Shown here in pieces: positions 20,262-30,804 of a stretch of 64,000 nucleotides of DNA; the stretch's first letter is position 1; the number at the start of each line of letters is the position of its first letter. Source of the DNA: Candidatus Latescibacterota bacterium (GTDB lineage Bacteria; Latescibacterota; UBA2968; UBA8231). Location of the stretch: NCBI GenBank assembly GCA_965200315.1, contig OZ241362.1, positions 1,184,001-1,248,000 on the forward strand, given 5' to 3'. A program made the position numbers and the translations under genes. Under the pieces are notes generated by a model. The model saw only the letters and a list, made by a program, of their open reading frames with translations. It had not been told where the DNA came from and made no database searches.

Positions 20262-22028
20262 TCAAATGCCCGCTGCCTGCAAGCGGAAAACCGCCGCGGC
20301 CAACGGATCTAACTCCGCGGCCAGCCGCCCGTTGGCCAGCGTTGGCACCGCCTGCCCGTGGAGCACTTCGGCCCGCCCCATGGGCGGCAAGCCTTCTAGG
20401 CGCAAATCGAGCGGGCGCGGATCTTCGGCGACATTGACGGCAAACACGTAAAAATCGCGTTTGTATTCTTTAACCGCCACTTTAATCCCGGCATCGGTCG
20501 GTTGTGCCGCCAAACTGTGCTCCTCCTGCAAAAGCACCGGACCTAATTCGGCAAGCTCGGCCGCGAGGCGCTGTACTTCTCGCCACAAGGCCAAGGGCTG
20601 GATGTGACGTTCGTTTTCTTGGCAATAGCGGTAAAACAACACCCCCTTGGCCCCTTCGACCAGCCCTTGATAGACCATGTTCCGCAACTCGGCCGCCGTC
20701 GGCGAGCGAGCCCAGTGCTCTACGCCGCCAAAGGCCTGGGCGATAAACCAGACGGGCTTGCGCTCCAGCGAGGTCCAGCGCGCCCGCTGCATGTAGTCGC
20801 CCACCTGAGTGATGGGATAATTCGGAACCGGATAGACATCTATGGCCAAGATATCGCTAGCATCCGAATATGCGGCGTACGTGTGCGGCCGGTTGTTGAC
20901 TAAATAGACCGGATGATATGGATCGAGTTCCCGAATTAGCTCGTATATCGCCGCGGCAGACTCAGGAGCCATTTTGGTCTCGTCTGGCTCGTCAACCAGA
21001 TACCACGCCAAGAGCGCCGGATGCTGGCGATAGCGTTTGACGAGAGCGGCAATGGCCCGATAATCCGGCTCGGGCTTGCGCCGGGCGTACTCGGTCAGCT
21101 CTAGGAGTATCTGCACCCCCTCTGCGGCGGCCGCATCCATCAGCGCGGCGACCTCTTCTCCACGCAGCTTGTAGAAGTAATCCCCGGAATTGAAATGTAG
21201 CTGGCGCATTGGAGCGAGGATGTCCGCCCGCAGCCAGTACAGCCCAATGGGAAAAAACGGCTCGCCATCGACGAGCAAGGACTGGCTGAACAGGTCGATT
21301 TTCACCTCGCGTACGGCTGGTGCAAACTTCTCGCAAGCCGCGACCAGCGAATCCGCACCGCCGACCGGGTCCATCCATCGCGCCACCAACTCATAACGCC
21401 CTGCGGGCAAGGCGTCTGCGGCAAAGGACCCAGCGACCTCCTGCCCGATCACGTTTACATCCAAGCGAGCCAAGACCTCGCCGCCGCGCTGCAACTCGAC
21501 CGTTGCGGGGATGGTCGTATCAGCGCGGCGATTGCGCCGCAGCCGGAAGCGGATCTCATCCTCTACGGTATAATACGAGCGATCGCCCGAAAGCTCCCAA
21601 GCGGGCCGGGCAAACAGGCGCAACTCTTCGACCACGTGGATAGGTGTGTCGATTTCTGGATCGTATAGCCGCAGAGCAGCGCGGTGTATGCCAGCTTCTG
21701 TCAGCCGATACGGCAGCGCATAACGCACGAGACGCTCCTGTGGCACCTGCAACCGGTGCTCGACCTTGCGCTGCTCGCCCGAAGGGGTTTCCCATTCCAG
21801 CAGAGCTATCAGCAGGCGCGAACCAGTACCCGGCCTGAACAACTGCAAGTCGAGCAGGTTGTCGCCTACTATGGGTAGCTGTTCTTGGATGATCTGGACC
21901 GTCGGCACATCGGGCGTCGCCTTGGGAGCCATTTGCCCGCAAGCACTCAACCATGCCAACAGGGCAAAGTAAAAGGGCCGGGAGACAGCACCCCTCGGCC
22001 CATCCCTCGGCAGCAATTGCTCCTTCAA
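20262..22028 (-). CDS. Putative lipoprotein with glycoside-hydrolase-like TIM barrel
   Basis: LSAC lipobox; VDGEPFFPIGLY, HPALLAWYLVDEPD, LDPYHPV, DILAIDVYP, GAKGVLFY. Confidence 0.6.
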   Translation of the reverse strand: MKEQLLPRDGPRGAVSRPFYFALLAWLSACGQMAPKATPDVPTVQIIQEQLPIVGDNLLDLQLFRPGTGSRLLIALLEWETPSGEQRKVEHRLQVPQERLVRYALPYRLTEAGIHRAALRLYDPEIDTPIHVVEELRLFARPAWELSGDRSYYTVEDEIRFRLRRNRRADTTIPATVELQRGGEVLARLDVNVIGQEVAGSFAADALPAGRYELVARWMDPVGGADSLVAACEKFAPAVREVKIDLFSQSLLVDGEPFFPIGLYWLRADILAPMRQLHFNSGDYFYKLRGEEVAALMDAAAAEGVQILLELTEYARRKPEPDYRAIAALVKRYRQHPALLAWYLVDEPDETKMAPESAAAIYELIRELDPYHPVYLVNNRPHTYAAYSDASDILAIDVYPVPNYPITQVGDYMQRARWTSLERKPVWFIAQAFGGVEHWARSPTAAELRNMVYQGLVEGAKGVLFYRYCQENERHIQPLALWREVQRLAAELAELGPVLLQEEHSLAAQPTDAGIKVAVKEYKRDFYVFAVNVAEDPRPLDLRLEGLPPMGRAEVLHGQAVPTLANGRLAAELDPLAAAVFRLQAAGI

Positions 22029-22795
22029 GACGACCTGCCAGCTTGCTCGGTTTCGAGCGAACGCAAGCGATCCCTAAGCGAGGCGGCCAGCTCAAATCGC
22101 TCCGCTTCGACTGCGGCCTGTAGATCAGCCGTCAATCGCTCTCGCAATGTGCGCGGTCGCGTACTTTCCACCTCGCTCGCCCACTCGCTCAAAAAGAGTA
22201 GCTCAGGGCACTCGTCGAGCTGGTCCAGTTGACCAATTTTGGCGAGAAATTCCTCAATTTCGCCGATGCCCCGGCGGATCTCAGCTAGGGCCTCGGCGTA
22301 GTTTTCTGCCTCTAGACACGCCAGCGCTCGCGCCTGCACCCGATGCGCCGTGACAAAGACTCGGTATTGTTCGGCTAATTGACGATCCTCGTCCTCTTCG
22401 GCGTATTCGTAGCACAAGTCGAGAATGGCGAGGTTGTGCTTGGCGTCCTCTTCGGCTCGCTGGTATTCCTTCAGTTCAAAAAAACCGATCCGCCGCCAGT
22501 AGTATTTCATGGCCTCTTGGGCCAACTCGGAACAATCCTCGTGCGAGAGGCTAAAGGTGCCCGGGCCGTGTGCTTTTTCCCACTCGCGTCGCTTTTGGCA
22601 GTAGTAATCCAACAGCGACACATAGCCATGCGGACGGAGTGCGTCGGGACGGCCCCGCCACTCTAGCTGCATCAAGCCCATATCCATGCGGATTTGGAGC
22701 TTGGCGCTGCCGTTGCCGCCTCGTATCTTGCGCACACTCAACTCGCCTGGAGCGTACTTCCAATCGCCGAGGATCGGGCCGATATCGCGTTCCAT
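22025..22795 (-). CDS. UvrB/UvrC (UVR) motif-containing protein, paralog 1
   Basis: C-terminal LQAAVEAERFELAASLRDRL; GRPD..RPHG motif shared with 51719..52492. Confidence 0.75.
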   Translation of the reverse strand: MERDIGPILGDWKYAPGELSVRKIRGGNGSAKLQIRMDMGLMQLEWRGRPDALRPHGYVSLLDYYCQKRREWEKAHGPGTFSLSHEDCSELAQEAMKYYWRRIGFFELKEYQRAEEDAKHNLAILDLCYEYAEEDEDRQLAEQYRVFVTAHRVQARALACLEAENYAEALAEIRRGIGEIEEFLAKIGQLDQLDECPELLFLSEWASEVESTRPRTLRERLTADLQAAVEAERFELAASLRDRLRSLETEQAGRSS

Positions 22796-22957
22796 AATGG
22801 GTGAAAACCTCGAATTATACTTGGCCTTTCGGCCGGGGGTAAACAGACGAACCAAGCGTTCGCGTATCCCGCCCTCAACAAGGCGGGCCTAGCGCGTATC
22901 TCGGTGATTTTCGGATAGAACCGTCCTATTATATGCGCTTGGCGTACCCTTGTCAAC

Positions 22958-23806
22958 TCACAGGTCGGAGGCCGTGGAATCAGCTTCTACCACCGGCGGA
23001 GCACCTGTGATTTCGCTTATTATGGCCAGTAGCTCTTTGCGTAAGGTCGGTCGGCTCACGCGCAAACTGTCTAGGTGATTTTCAATCACTGGAATGGCGT
23101 CCTCCCCCACGGCTGTAAGCGCCTGATGGGTTAGGGTGCGCTCCTCGGGCGTGGGATCGTGTTCCATCTGCGTAGGCTCAATGGGTGTGCCGAACATACT
23201 CACCCGGGGCTGGCCCCCTTCCCCAAAGGGATCCAACCCTACGTTTGGATAGCGCCGCGGGCCATCCGTGGAGTCGGGGTGCGTCCGTCCGTAGGGGAAG
23301 TAAGGGGATAGCTCCTCGCCGGTGAATACCCCCCGGCGAGTTTGCTGCTCAGAGCGCAGGGTGAGTACGTCGTAATAGTCGAGGGCATTGACCAAAATTT
23401 CAGCCGCCTTAGCCCCCCCCATCTGCCCGAGCGCTTCAATGGCGGCCATCCGCAGTTCCGAGTCGGCCGTATTGAGCGAATAATTGAGCAGCCTCCCTAT
23501 ATCCAAGGCCGCGCTCTGGTCGCCGATGGTGCCCAAAGCGCGAAGCGCGTCCTGCTTGAGCGTGGTGCGCTGGTCGTAGTCTTGAAGCGCCATTTTCAGC
23601 ACGGGCACGGCTCGCGGATCGCCGATCTCGCCGAGAATGCGCGCGGCCTTGCGCCGCGTGGCATAGGGATAGTCCTGGCGGGAAACGATCTCCATAATGC
23701 GATCTAACTGCGAGTGGTCGCCCGCCTGATAGAGCTTGTGCATCTGATTGACATTCGTGCAACCCAAGAGGGCCAAAACGACCGCCAAAAGCGCGATCCT
23801 ATCCAT
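22958..23806 (-). CDS. HEAT-repeat lipoprotein
   Basis: LLGC lipobox; repeated AA..LG.IGD.RAV HEAT/PBS-lyase units. Confidence 0.75.
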   Translation of the reverse strand: MDRIALLAVVLALLGCTNVNQMHKLYQAGDHSQLDRIMEIVSRQDYPYATRRKAARILGEIGDPRAVPVLKMALQDYDQRTTLKQDALRALGTIGDQSAALDIGRLLNYSLNTADSELRMAAIEALGQMGGAKAAEILVNALDYYDVLTLRSEQQTRRGVFTGEELSPYFPYGRTHPDSTDGPRRYPNVGLDPFGEGGQPRVSMFGTPIEPTQMEHDPTPEERTLTHQALTAVGEDAIPVIENHLDSLRVSRPTLRKELLAIISEITGAPPVVEADSTASDL

Positions 23807-23888
23807 GGCTGGCTCCTTTGTCTATCCCCTTGCCGCGAGGAGGTCTTTCCTCTATACTTGAAATTTCCACTACGCAGCAGGAACTTCA

Positions 23889-24680
23889 GTGAACGCCCCA
23901 CAAACCCACAACCGCCAACCCATTCCCGGCATTAAAGATACACTAGCCATATCCAGCGGCAAGGGCGGCGTCGGCAAGTCCACTCTCTGCGCCAACTTGG
24001 CCGTGAGCTTGGCCCACCAAGGGCTACGGGTCGGCTTGCTCGACGCCGACATCTACGGCCCCAACATCCCGGGCCTGCTCGGCCTAGCGGGCCGACCGAC
24101 CGCGGACGACGGCCACATCCAGCCTTTATCTACTCACGGCCTCAAAGCCATTTCCATGGGGCTGCTAATCGATTCGGGCACCCCGGTCGTGTGGCGCGGC
24201 CCCATGCTGGCCAAGATGATGCACCAATTCCTCTTCAACGTCACTTGGGGCGAACTCGATTTGCTGCTCATAGATTTACCCCCTGGGACCGGAGACGTAC
24301 AAATCACGCTGACCCAAGTAGCACCCTTGACTGCGGCCTTAATCATCACTACGCCCTCGGCCATTGCCCTCGAAGACGTGCGTCGCGGCGTCGAAATGTT
24401 CCGCCAGACCGACGTACCCATCGTCGGCTTGGTCGAGAACATGAGCTATTTCCACTGCGACGACTGCGGCCATACCGACCCCATCTTCGGAGCCGGAGGA
24501 GGCCGCGCCACAGCCAGTCGCTTGGACATTCCCTATCTAGGCGAAATTCCGCTCGATCCCCTCGTCCGCCGCCAAGCCGACGCCGGCGATCCGGTGGTAA
24601 AGGCGCATCCCCATGCCGAGGGCAGTCAAGCCTTGGCCAGCCTAGCCGCCGACATCGGCACTTATTTCCAGCGCACATGA
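23889..24680 (+). CDS. Mrp/NBP35 (ApbC) Fe-S carrier ATPase
   Basis: SGKGGVGKST, DADIYGP, WRGP, DLPPGTGD, ENMS.F.C..C. Confidence 0.92.
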   Translation: MNAPQTHNRQPIPGIKDTLAISSGKGGVGKSTLCANLAVSLAHQGLRVGLLDADIYGPNIPGLLGLAGRPTADDGHIQPLSTHGLKAISMGLLIDSGTPVVWRGPMLAKMMHQFLFNVTWGELDLLLIDLPPGTGDVQITLTQVAPLTAALIITTPSAIALEDVRRGVEMFRQTDVPIVGLVENMSYFHCDDCGHTDPIFGAGGGRATASRLDIPYLGEIPLDPLVRRQADAGDPVVKAHPHAEGSQALASLAADIGTYFQRT

Positions 24681-25687
24681 ACCGCGTCCAAATCGCCTGC
24701 GTTGGCGCGGGGTATTGGGGCAAAAACCTAGTGCGCGTCTTCCGCGACTTGCCCGACGTGCATCTGCGCCACGTCTGCGATGCCAGCCCGGAAATTCGCC
24801 GCGCCATTCAGCGCCAGTACCCAGAAGCCCCCATCACCGCCAACTACGACGAGGTGCTCGGCGACGACGCGCTCGATGCCGTAGTACTGGCCGTACCGGC
24901 CGCTCAGCACTACGAATTGGCCCGCCGTGCCCTAGAGCGGGGCAAGCACGTGTACGTCGAAAAGCCCATGACTCTCAACGCGATCACGTCGGCTCACTTG
25001 GTCGAACTAGCCGCCGAGCGGGACCGGGTGCTGATGGTCGGGCACCTGCTGAAGTACCACCCAGCCGTGCAAATGCTGCATGATTTAGTACGGGAAGGCG
25101 CACTAGGCGACTTGTATTATCTGTACTCCCAGCGCGTCAACTTGGGCATTGTCCGCCGCGACGAAAATGCCCTGTGGAGCTTGGCACCACACGATATATC
25201 GGTCATCCTGTACCTGCTCGGCCAAGAGCCGGACGCGGTCAGCGCCCGCGGCGAGTGCTATCTACAACCCGACATCGAAGACGTGGTCTTCGCCAATTTG
25301 CACTTTGCCGATGGCAAGATGGCGCAGATGCAGCTTTCTTGGCTCGACCCGCACCGCATCCGCCGCCTGACCGTGGTCGGCAGCCGCAAAATGGCGGTCT
25401 TTGACGATGTGGAAAGCACGGAAAAGGTGCGCATCTACGACAAATCGGCCGAGCGGCCGCAATACGATTCTTACGGCGACTCCATCGCCCTGCGCTTTGG
25501 CGATGTCGTCATTCCGCGGCTGCAAATGGCCGAGCCGCTCAAGCTGGAGTGTCAGCACTTCGTCGAGTGCGTACGCACTGGCCAAGCACCCCGCAGCGAT
25601 GGCCGCGACGGCCTGCGCGTCGTGCGCGTGTTGGAGGCCGCACAGGCGTCGCTGCGCCAAGCCGGCACCCCCGTGCCGCTGCGCTAG
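24677..25687 (+). CDS. Gfo/Idh/MocA family oxidoreductase
   Basis: VGAGYWG, VEKP, MVGH, LAPHD; ATG overlaps upstream stop. Confidence 0.9.
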   Translation: MNRVQIACVGAGYWGKNLVRVFRDLPDVHLRHVCDASPEIRRAIQRQYPEAPITANYDEVLGDDALDAVVLAVPAAQHYELARRALERGKHVYVEKPMTLNAITSAHLVELAAERDRVLMVGHLLKYHPAVQMLHDLVREGALGDLYYLYSQRVNLGIVRRDENALWSLAPHDISVILYLLGQEPDAVSARGECYLQPDIEDVVFANLHFADGKMAQMQLSWLDPHRIRRLTVVGSRKMAVFDDVESTEKVRIYDKSAERPQYDSYGDSIALRFGDVVIPRLQMAEPLKLECQHFVECVRTGQAPRSDGRDGLRVVRVLEAAQASLRQAGTPVPLR

Positions 25688-27885
25688 CGCACGGTGAATT
25701 CCGAATGTACCTCGGCTTGGTTGCCGCTCATATCCCGCACCCTCAGTACTAGACGGTGCGCACCCGGCGGTAAATTTTCCAGCAAATGACCGTACACGCG
25801 CCCGGCTTCTGGATCGTATTCGGTGATCAGCGGGCGTCCGTCGAGCTCAAACTCAATGTCTGTTTCCCGCCTAATGCCCGCACCCTGATCGCGCACTGCG
25901 CCGCGAATTTCCGGGCGCGAGCCAACCACGACCCCCTCAGCGGGCTGCAAATTGCTAATCTCAGGGGGTTCCAAGTCGGCCAACAGCGCATAGCGGCCCA
26001 AGCGCCGCACCTGCGCCACCACCTGCCGGTTCCCAGCGTTCCATTCGTTGCTCACGAGCGACCACTTTTCAGCAGCGACCTCTCGGTAAATGCCCAGCTT
26101 CTCCGGCGGCAGCACGCCCCGGTCGTAGCGCAAGCGCAGTGCCACCTTGCGGTCAAAGCTAACATCCGGCCCCAAGGCAAAAGCCGGCCCGGCCGCGACT
26201 AGCGCAGCAGGCACTTGCGGCTCAAAAGTCTCGACTTGCGGGAAAAACGGCGCGTACGCGCTCTTCGCAGCAAAGCCCAATTCGACCGCGCCGTTAGCAT
26301 AGGTCAGCTTGGCTGCGGCCCCCGGCTTCACGAGCTGCCTATCGAGGACGACCTTTTGCACAGCACCCCCTAGCGTCCGTAGCAAAACCTGTCCCGCTGC
26401 CGATTCGTTCGCATCGAGCGGCACTACAACTCGGAACTCGCGCAAGCCGGTCTGACGGGAGCTGACATTAGCGGTATCAGCGCGGACCAAAGGCGTAGCA
26501 CTAGGCACTTGTTCATAGCGCATCACAAGTTCCACGAAATCCTCGTGGGGACGGCGCTCTAGGGCAAAGGTCGGCACAGCAGCCCCGGGGTCGGGCAGAC
26601 GACAAATGGCAAAGACCGTAGCGCCCGCCGGATCTCGCGCCCGAATCCGCCAGTAGGAAGCGTTGCGGTGGATCTGCCACTTGAGAGGGCCAGCTCGGCT
26701 CTGCCGCCGATCGACGCGCCGCCAGTTCTTGCCATCGCGAGAACTAGCCAATTCTACTTCCACGAGCGGGTTGTCTGCATCGCTCAGCCGCGCCTCGATA
26801 AAGATTCCATTCGCTTCCGCCGCAATCCGCGCCCCGGCAATAGTCGGCGGTTCGTCAACCACCAAGCCAAAGCGCGCCCGGCTCTCGTTGCCATTGACAT
26901 CCGCGACAACGACGATGGCTTCGTGCCGCCCCTTGGCCAAGTTTAGGATGCCATCGTTAGGCCCCTCGTAGAATTCGAGGCGATTGCCCGGCAGGCGACA
27001 CAAGTTGTAAAAGCGACCCACCCCGCCCTTAAAAGCAGCCAGCGGCCGGTCCAAATACATCTGGTGCATATCGCCGTAGCCGACCCGCTCGTAGCGCGCG
27101 GCAAAAACCAGCTCGCCATCGATGTGCAGTTCCGCGCGATAGGGAGCGAGCTTGTTGGGAGCCGCGTCAGCGCGATCGTACATCAACGCGCTGATGCTCA
27201 CCGGGCCGAGTACCTGCACGGGCTGCACCCCGACAAACTCCCCCCGGCTCGGTTGCCAGCGCAAACTCAGCACATACGGGTCGTGCCCTCCCTCCACTTG
27301 GGCATTGCGGCCATGCGGCGTGATGGCCACTCGTTGCAAGGTCGGCGCGCTTGTATCGGCGATGGCGAACCCGTGCAAGAGGGGATTGATTGCCACGTTG
27401 TTTGCGTCGCGCAGTTCTAGATGCAAATGAGGAGGGCCGGCTCCGCTCTCGCCGCTCCAAGCGATAACCGAGCCGCCGAGTACTGGAATTTCCCCGGCCT
27501 TGAAATACAAATCCACGCTGTAGCGTCCGCGCTGCTGCTGTGCTTGCTGGACGCGCTCGGCCACGGGCGCGGCAAAGCCCTCTAAGTGGGCATAGACCAC
27601 CGTGCGGCCATCGGGCAATTTCTGGTACAGTGCCCGGCCATAACCCCAAGGCGAGGTGCGTACGCGCCAGATATAGCCATCGGCTAGGGCCTGTACCGGG
27701 TGGCCGGTCTCGCCCCAAGTCTTGAGGTCTATGCCGGCGTGGAAAGCGCGGGAACGCGATTCGCCAAAGGTGGAAGACAAGGCCGGTGCAAGGCGCAGCG
27801 GCCAGACGAGACTCCCCTCTTGTGCGCTAGCCGGTAGCCACAAAGCCACCGCCAACAAGAGCATCCATTTGATCACATTAATCAT
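25684..27885 (-). CDS. M23 family peptidase domain protein (secreted)
   Basis: Signal peptide; FGESR..FHAGID, YAHL, SGESG.GPPHLHLELR. Confidence 0.85.
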   Translation of the reverse strand: MINVIKWMLLLAVALWLPASAQEGSLVWPLRLAPALSSTFGESRSRAFHAGIDLKTWGETGHPVQALADGYIWRVRTSPWGYGRALYQKLPDGRTVVYAHLEGFAAPVAERVQQAQQQRGRYSVDLYFKAGEIPVLGGSVIAWSGESGAGPPHLHLELRDANNVAINPLLHGFAIADTSAPTLQRVAITPHGRNAQVEGGHDPYVLSLRWQPSRGEFVGVQPVQVLGPVSISALMYDRADAAPNKLAPYRAELHIDGELVFAARYERVGYGDMHQMYLDRPLAAFKGGVGRFYNLCRLPGNRLEFYEGPNDGILNLAKGRHEAIVVVADVNGNESRARFGLVVDEPPTIAGARIAAEANGIFIEARLSDADNPLVEVELASSRDGKNWRRVDRRQSRAGPLKWQIHRNASYWRIRARDPAGATVFAICRLPDPGAAVPTFALERRPHEDFVELVMRYEQVPSATPLVRADTANVSSRQTGLREFRVVVPLDANESAAGQVLLRTLGGAVQKVVLDRQLVKPGAAAKLTYANGAVELGFAAKSAYAPFFPQVETFEPQVPAALVAAGPAFALGPDVSFDRKVALRLRYDRGVLPPEKLGIYREVAAEKWSLVSNEWNAGNRQVVAQVRRLGRYALLADLEPPEISNLQPAEGVVVGSRPEIRGAVRDQGAGIRRETDIEFELDGRPLITEYDPEAGRVYGHLLENLPPGAHRLVLRVRDMSGNQAEVHSEFTVR

Positions 27886-27886
27886 A

Positions 27887-28567
27887 TTAATCACAGTCAC
27901 AGTCGTCCTCGTATGTATGCAGGGCCATGCGGTCTGGGGCCACTTCGAGAAAGTGGAGCGGCTTTTCGGTCCAAGCACCGGTGTTGAAGTAGCACCGGCC
28001 CTGCCGCTCAATGGCCATGGCCGCGTGCGTGTGCCCACAGACCACCGCTTCAACCCCCTCCTGCCGCGCCACGCGCAGGGCCTTGCGCGCCACGTGATCG
28101 TTGAGCACCCGGTAGAGCAAAGGCCATTTCTTGGCGTACTCGGCTACGTGGGCATCGCGCCCGCCGACCCAGATGCGGCCACGGTGCAAGCGGCGGAAGG
28201 CCCACTTAAACGCCGCATGCCGGGGCATCAGTCCGTCGAGCTGATGGCCGTGAATTACGAGCAGCAGCCGGTCGAGCCGCCAGCTATCGACAAAGCGAAT
28301 TTGCCCCGGATCGGCCAGCTTGAATTGGGCATCGCGATTGCCGTACACCCAGATCACCGGCCGGGATTGCGACTCGCTCACGAGGCGCTCCAGCACGGCG
28401 CGATGGGCGTCGGGCAGGGCTTGGCCCGGCTCATCTATGACGTCGCCGTTGAGCACGAGCGGCACCCCTTGGGGCAAGGTATCCAGCCAAGACAAAAAGT
28501 GGCGATGAAAAAAATAAGCCGATCCGAGGTGCAAATCGCTGACGACAAAGCAGCGCGTAATGCCCAT
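27887..28567 (-). CDS. Metallophosphoesterase, LpxH-like
   Basis: SDLHLG, LNGDVID, GNRD, HGH, CGHTH, YFNTGAW. Confidence 0.75.
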   Translation of the reverse strand: MGITRCFVVSDLHLGSAYFFHRHFLSWLDTLPQGVPLVLNGDVIDEPGQALPDAHRAVLERLVSESQSRPVIWVYGNRDAQFKLADPGQIRFVDSWRLDRLLLVIHGHQLDGLMPRHAAFKWAFRRLHRGRIWVGGRDAHVAEYAKKWPLLYRVLNDHVARKALRVARQEGVEAVVCGHTHAAMAIERQGRCYFNTGAWTEKPLHFLEVAPDRMALHTYEDDCDCD

Positions 28568-28717
28568 GCCCCTTGCTATATGGATTATATTATTGACTGA
28601 CGTTACGCAGTAGCTCTCTATCTTGTGGTTTCTCGAAGACTGTTGACCCAAGATATTGGGGCAAAATCGAGAATTTTTTGGAAAACTGCACAACGTCAGT
28701 TATTGACAAACCTCCCG

Positions 28718-30181
28718 ATGAATAAACAGACAACCCCCCCTCGGCGCAAAGCGCCCGACCCGCATAAATTACAGGCCCTGCTCCAGTATATCGGCCGCCT
28801 GCTGCCCAACGACCCAGAGCGCACGGCCTTTTATCAATGCTCGCGGACGCCGCCCCCAGCTTCGCTGCGCTTGAACGCACTGCAAGCCCAAGCGCAACAC
28901 GTCCGAACCTCGCTGCACCAGCGCGGCCAAAGCGTACCTTGGTGCAGCGAAGGCTTCGCCTTGCCGGAGCGCGACGCCAGCCTCGGCCAGACCCTTGAAC
29001 ACGCTATGGGCGCGTATTACGTCCAAGCCAAGGCCCCCATGCTAGCCGTCGAAGTCTTGGCCCCCCAGCCCGGCGAGCGCGTCCTCGACCTGTGCGCCGC
29101 CCCAGGCGGCAAGGCCACCCAGATTGCCGCGCAGATGCAAAACAGCGGCTTGCTGCTAGCCAATGAACTCCAGCGCAAGCGCATGCCCGCTCTCGTGGGC
29201 AATTTGGAGCGTTGTGGGGTGGCCAATCACGTCTTGACCCAAGCCCGAGGGACCCTGCTGGCTCGCTACTTCCCCAACTTTTTCGACCGCATCCTCGTGG
29301 ATGCGCCGTGCTCGGGCGACGGCATCGTGCGCAAAGACCAGAACATGCTCGCCTACTGGTCGCCGCAAGACGCCCAGCGCTTCGCCCAGCAACAGAAGGG
29401 CCTCTTGCGCGCCGCCTACCAGATGCTGCGCCCCGGCGGCACGTTGGTGTATTCGACGTGCTCGCTCTCGCTGGAGGAAAACGAAGAAGTGCTCCTCGGG
29501 CTGTTGAGCCGCTATGGAGCAGACGTGGCTATCCTCCCCATCGCAGAGTTCAAAGGACCGCCGCTGCCGGATGCGCTGGCCGCCCAATTTCCGGCCGAGT
29601 TCGCCCGCTGCGTCCGCGTCTGGCCTCACCACCACGACACCGAAGGGGCTTTTGTCGCTCGTCTCTCCAAACGCGCCCCAACACCAAGCCCCGAAGACGC
29701 CCCTGATTGGGCTACCTCAGCGACCGATCCCGCTGCCGCCGAATCCCGACGCGCCATCGAAGACCGGTGGAGCGGTACCCTGCCTTGCCCCTCGGACCAG
29801 ATATTCACCCTCAGCAACCGCCACCTGTGCCGACAGCCGGCGCTCGGTCCGGCCATCCAAGAGCATCTGCCCTACTTCGTCCGCGGCGGCATGAAGGTGG
29901 CCCGCCCCCACAAAGGATACCACTACCTGTCCCAGCAAACCGTCGCCCTGTGGGGGCATCTCATGCAGGGGGCTAGCGTCGAGTTGAGCTGGCCTCAACT
30001 ACAGGACCTGTTCGCCGGGCGTCCCCTCTACTGCGACCCGCCTACGGGCCTCAAAGGCGAAATTTTCTGCCGCTTTGGGCCGTGGACCGTCTGTCGCGCC
30101 ATCGCCAGAGAGGAAGGCCGCCTGGTCGAAGGGATGCTGCCGCGCGCGTTGTTCCGCGCTCAGCTAACGTCGCTGATATAG
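28718..30181 (+). CDS. RsmB/RsmF (NOL1/NOP2) RNA m5C methyltransferase
   Basis: VLDLCAAPGGK, DAPCSG, YSTCS..EENE, EGAFVA. Confidence 0.9.
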   Translation: MNKQTTPPRRKAPDPHKLQALLQYIGRLLPNDPERTAFYQCSRTPPPASLRLNALQAQAQHVRTSLHQRGQSVPWCSEGFALPERDASLGQTLEHAMGAYYVQAKAPMLAVEVLAPQPGERVLDLCAAPGGKATQIAAQMQNSGLLLANELQRKRMPALVGNLERCGVANHVLTQARGTLLARYFPNFFDRILVDAPCSGDGIVRKDQNMLAYWSPQDAQRFAQQQKGLLRAAYQMLRPGGTLVYSTCSLSLEENEEVLLGLLSRYGADVAILPIAEFKGPPLPDALAAQFPAEFARCVRVWPHHHDTEGAFVARLSKRAPTPSPEDAPDWATSATDPAAAESRRAIEDRWSGTLPCPSDQIFTLSNRHLCRQPALGPAIQEHLPYFVRGGMKVARPHKGYHYLSQQTVALWGHLMQGASVELSWPQLQDLFAGRPLYCDPPTGLKGEIFCRFGPWTVCRAIAREEGRLVEGMLPRALFRAQLTSLI

Positions 30182-30183
30182 GA

Positions 30184-30804
30184 TTATTTTTTCCCTTCCG
30201 GCCCCGGCCAAGGCGGGAAGAGTTGGTGTTCGAGCCGCAGCACATTGCAGACGCGGCCAGCGATAAAATCGCCCAAATCGTCCAAGGTCTGCGGCTTTTG
30301 GTAGAAGGCTGGCATGGCCGGCAATATGATGGCCCCGGCTTCGGCTGCGGCCGTCATATTGCGCAACTGAATCAGGTTGAGCGGGGTCTCGCGCACCACC
30401 AACACCAGTGGCCGCCGCTCCTTGAGGCTGACATCGGCCGCCCGCTCAATCAGGCTTGAAGATGCCCCACGGGCAATGCTCGACAGCGTTTTGACCGAAC
30501 AAGGCACCACCACCATACCGTCGATGGCCACCGAACCACTAGCGATGGGGGCCGCTAGGTCGCTGGCGTTGTACTCGCGCAATTCACCAACTTGGGTCTC
30601 CTCCCCATAGCACCGCGTTATAAATGCGCGCAAGCTCTCCTTGTCGGGGCGGAAGCCCAGCTCTTCGACGAGCAGGTAGCGCCCGTATTTGGACATAACC
30701 AGATGCACGTGGTGTCCGCCGATCAGCAGGGCACGCAGGAGGCGGCCAGCGTAGAGCGCGCCACTGGCTCCGGTAATGCCGACGACGATCTGTTTGCCGC
30801 TCAC
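30184..30804 (-). CDS. ubiX: Flavin prenyltransferase
   Basis: [34 protein letters not shown]. Confidence 0.93.
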   Translation of the reverse strand: MSGKQIVVGITGASGALYAGRLLRALLIGGHHVHLVMSKYGRYLLVEELGFRPDKESLRAFITRCYGEETQVGELREYNASDLAAPIASGSVAIDGMVVVPCSVKTLSSIARGASSSLIERAADVSLKERRPLVLVVRETPLNLIQLRNMTAAAEAGAIILPAMPAFYQKPQTLDDLGDFIAGRVCNVLRLEHQLFPPWPGPEGKK

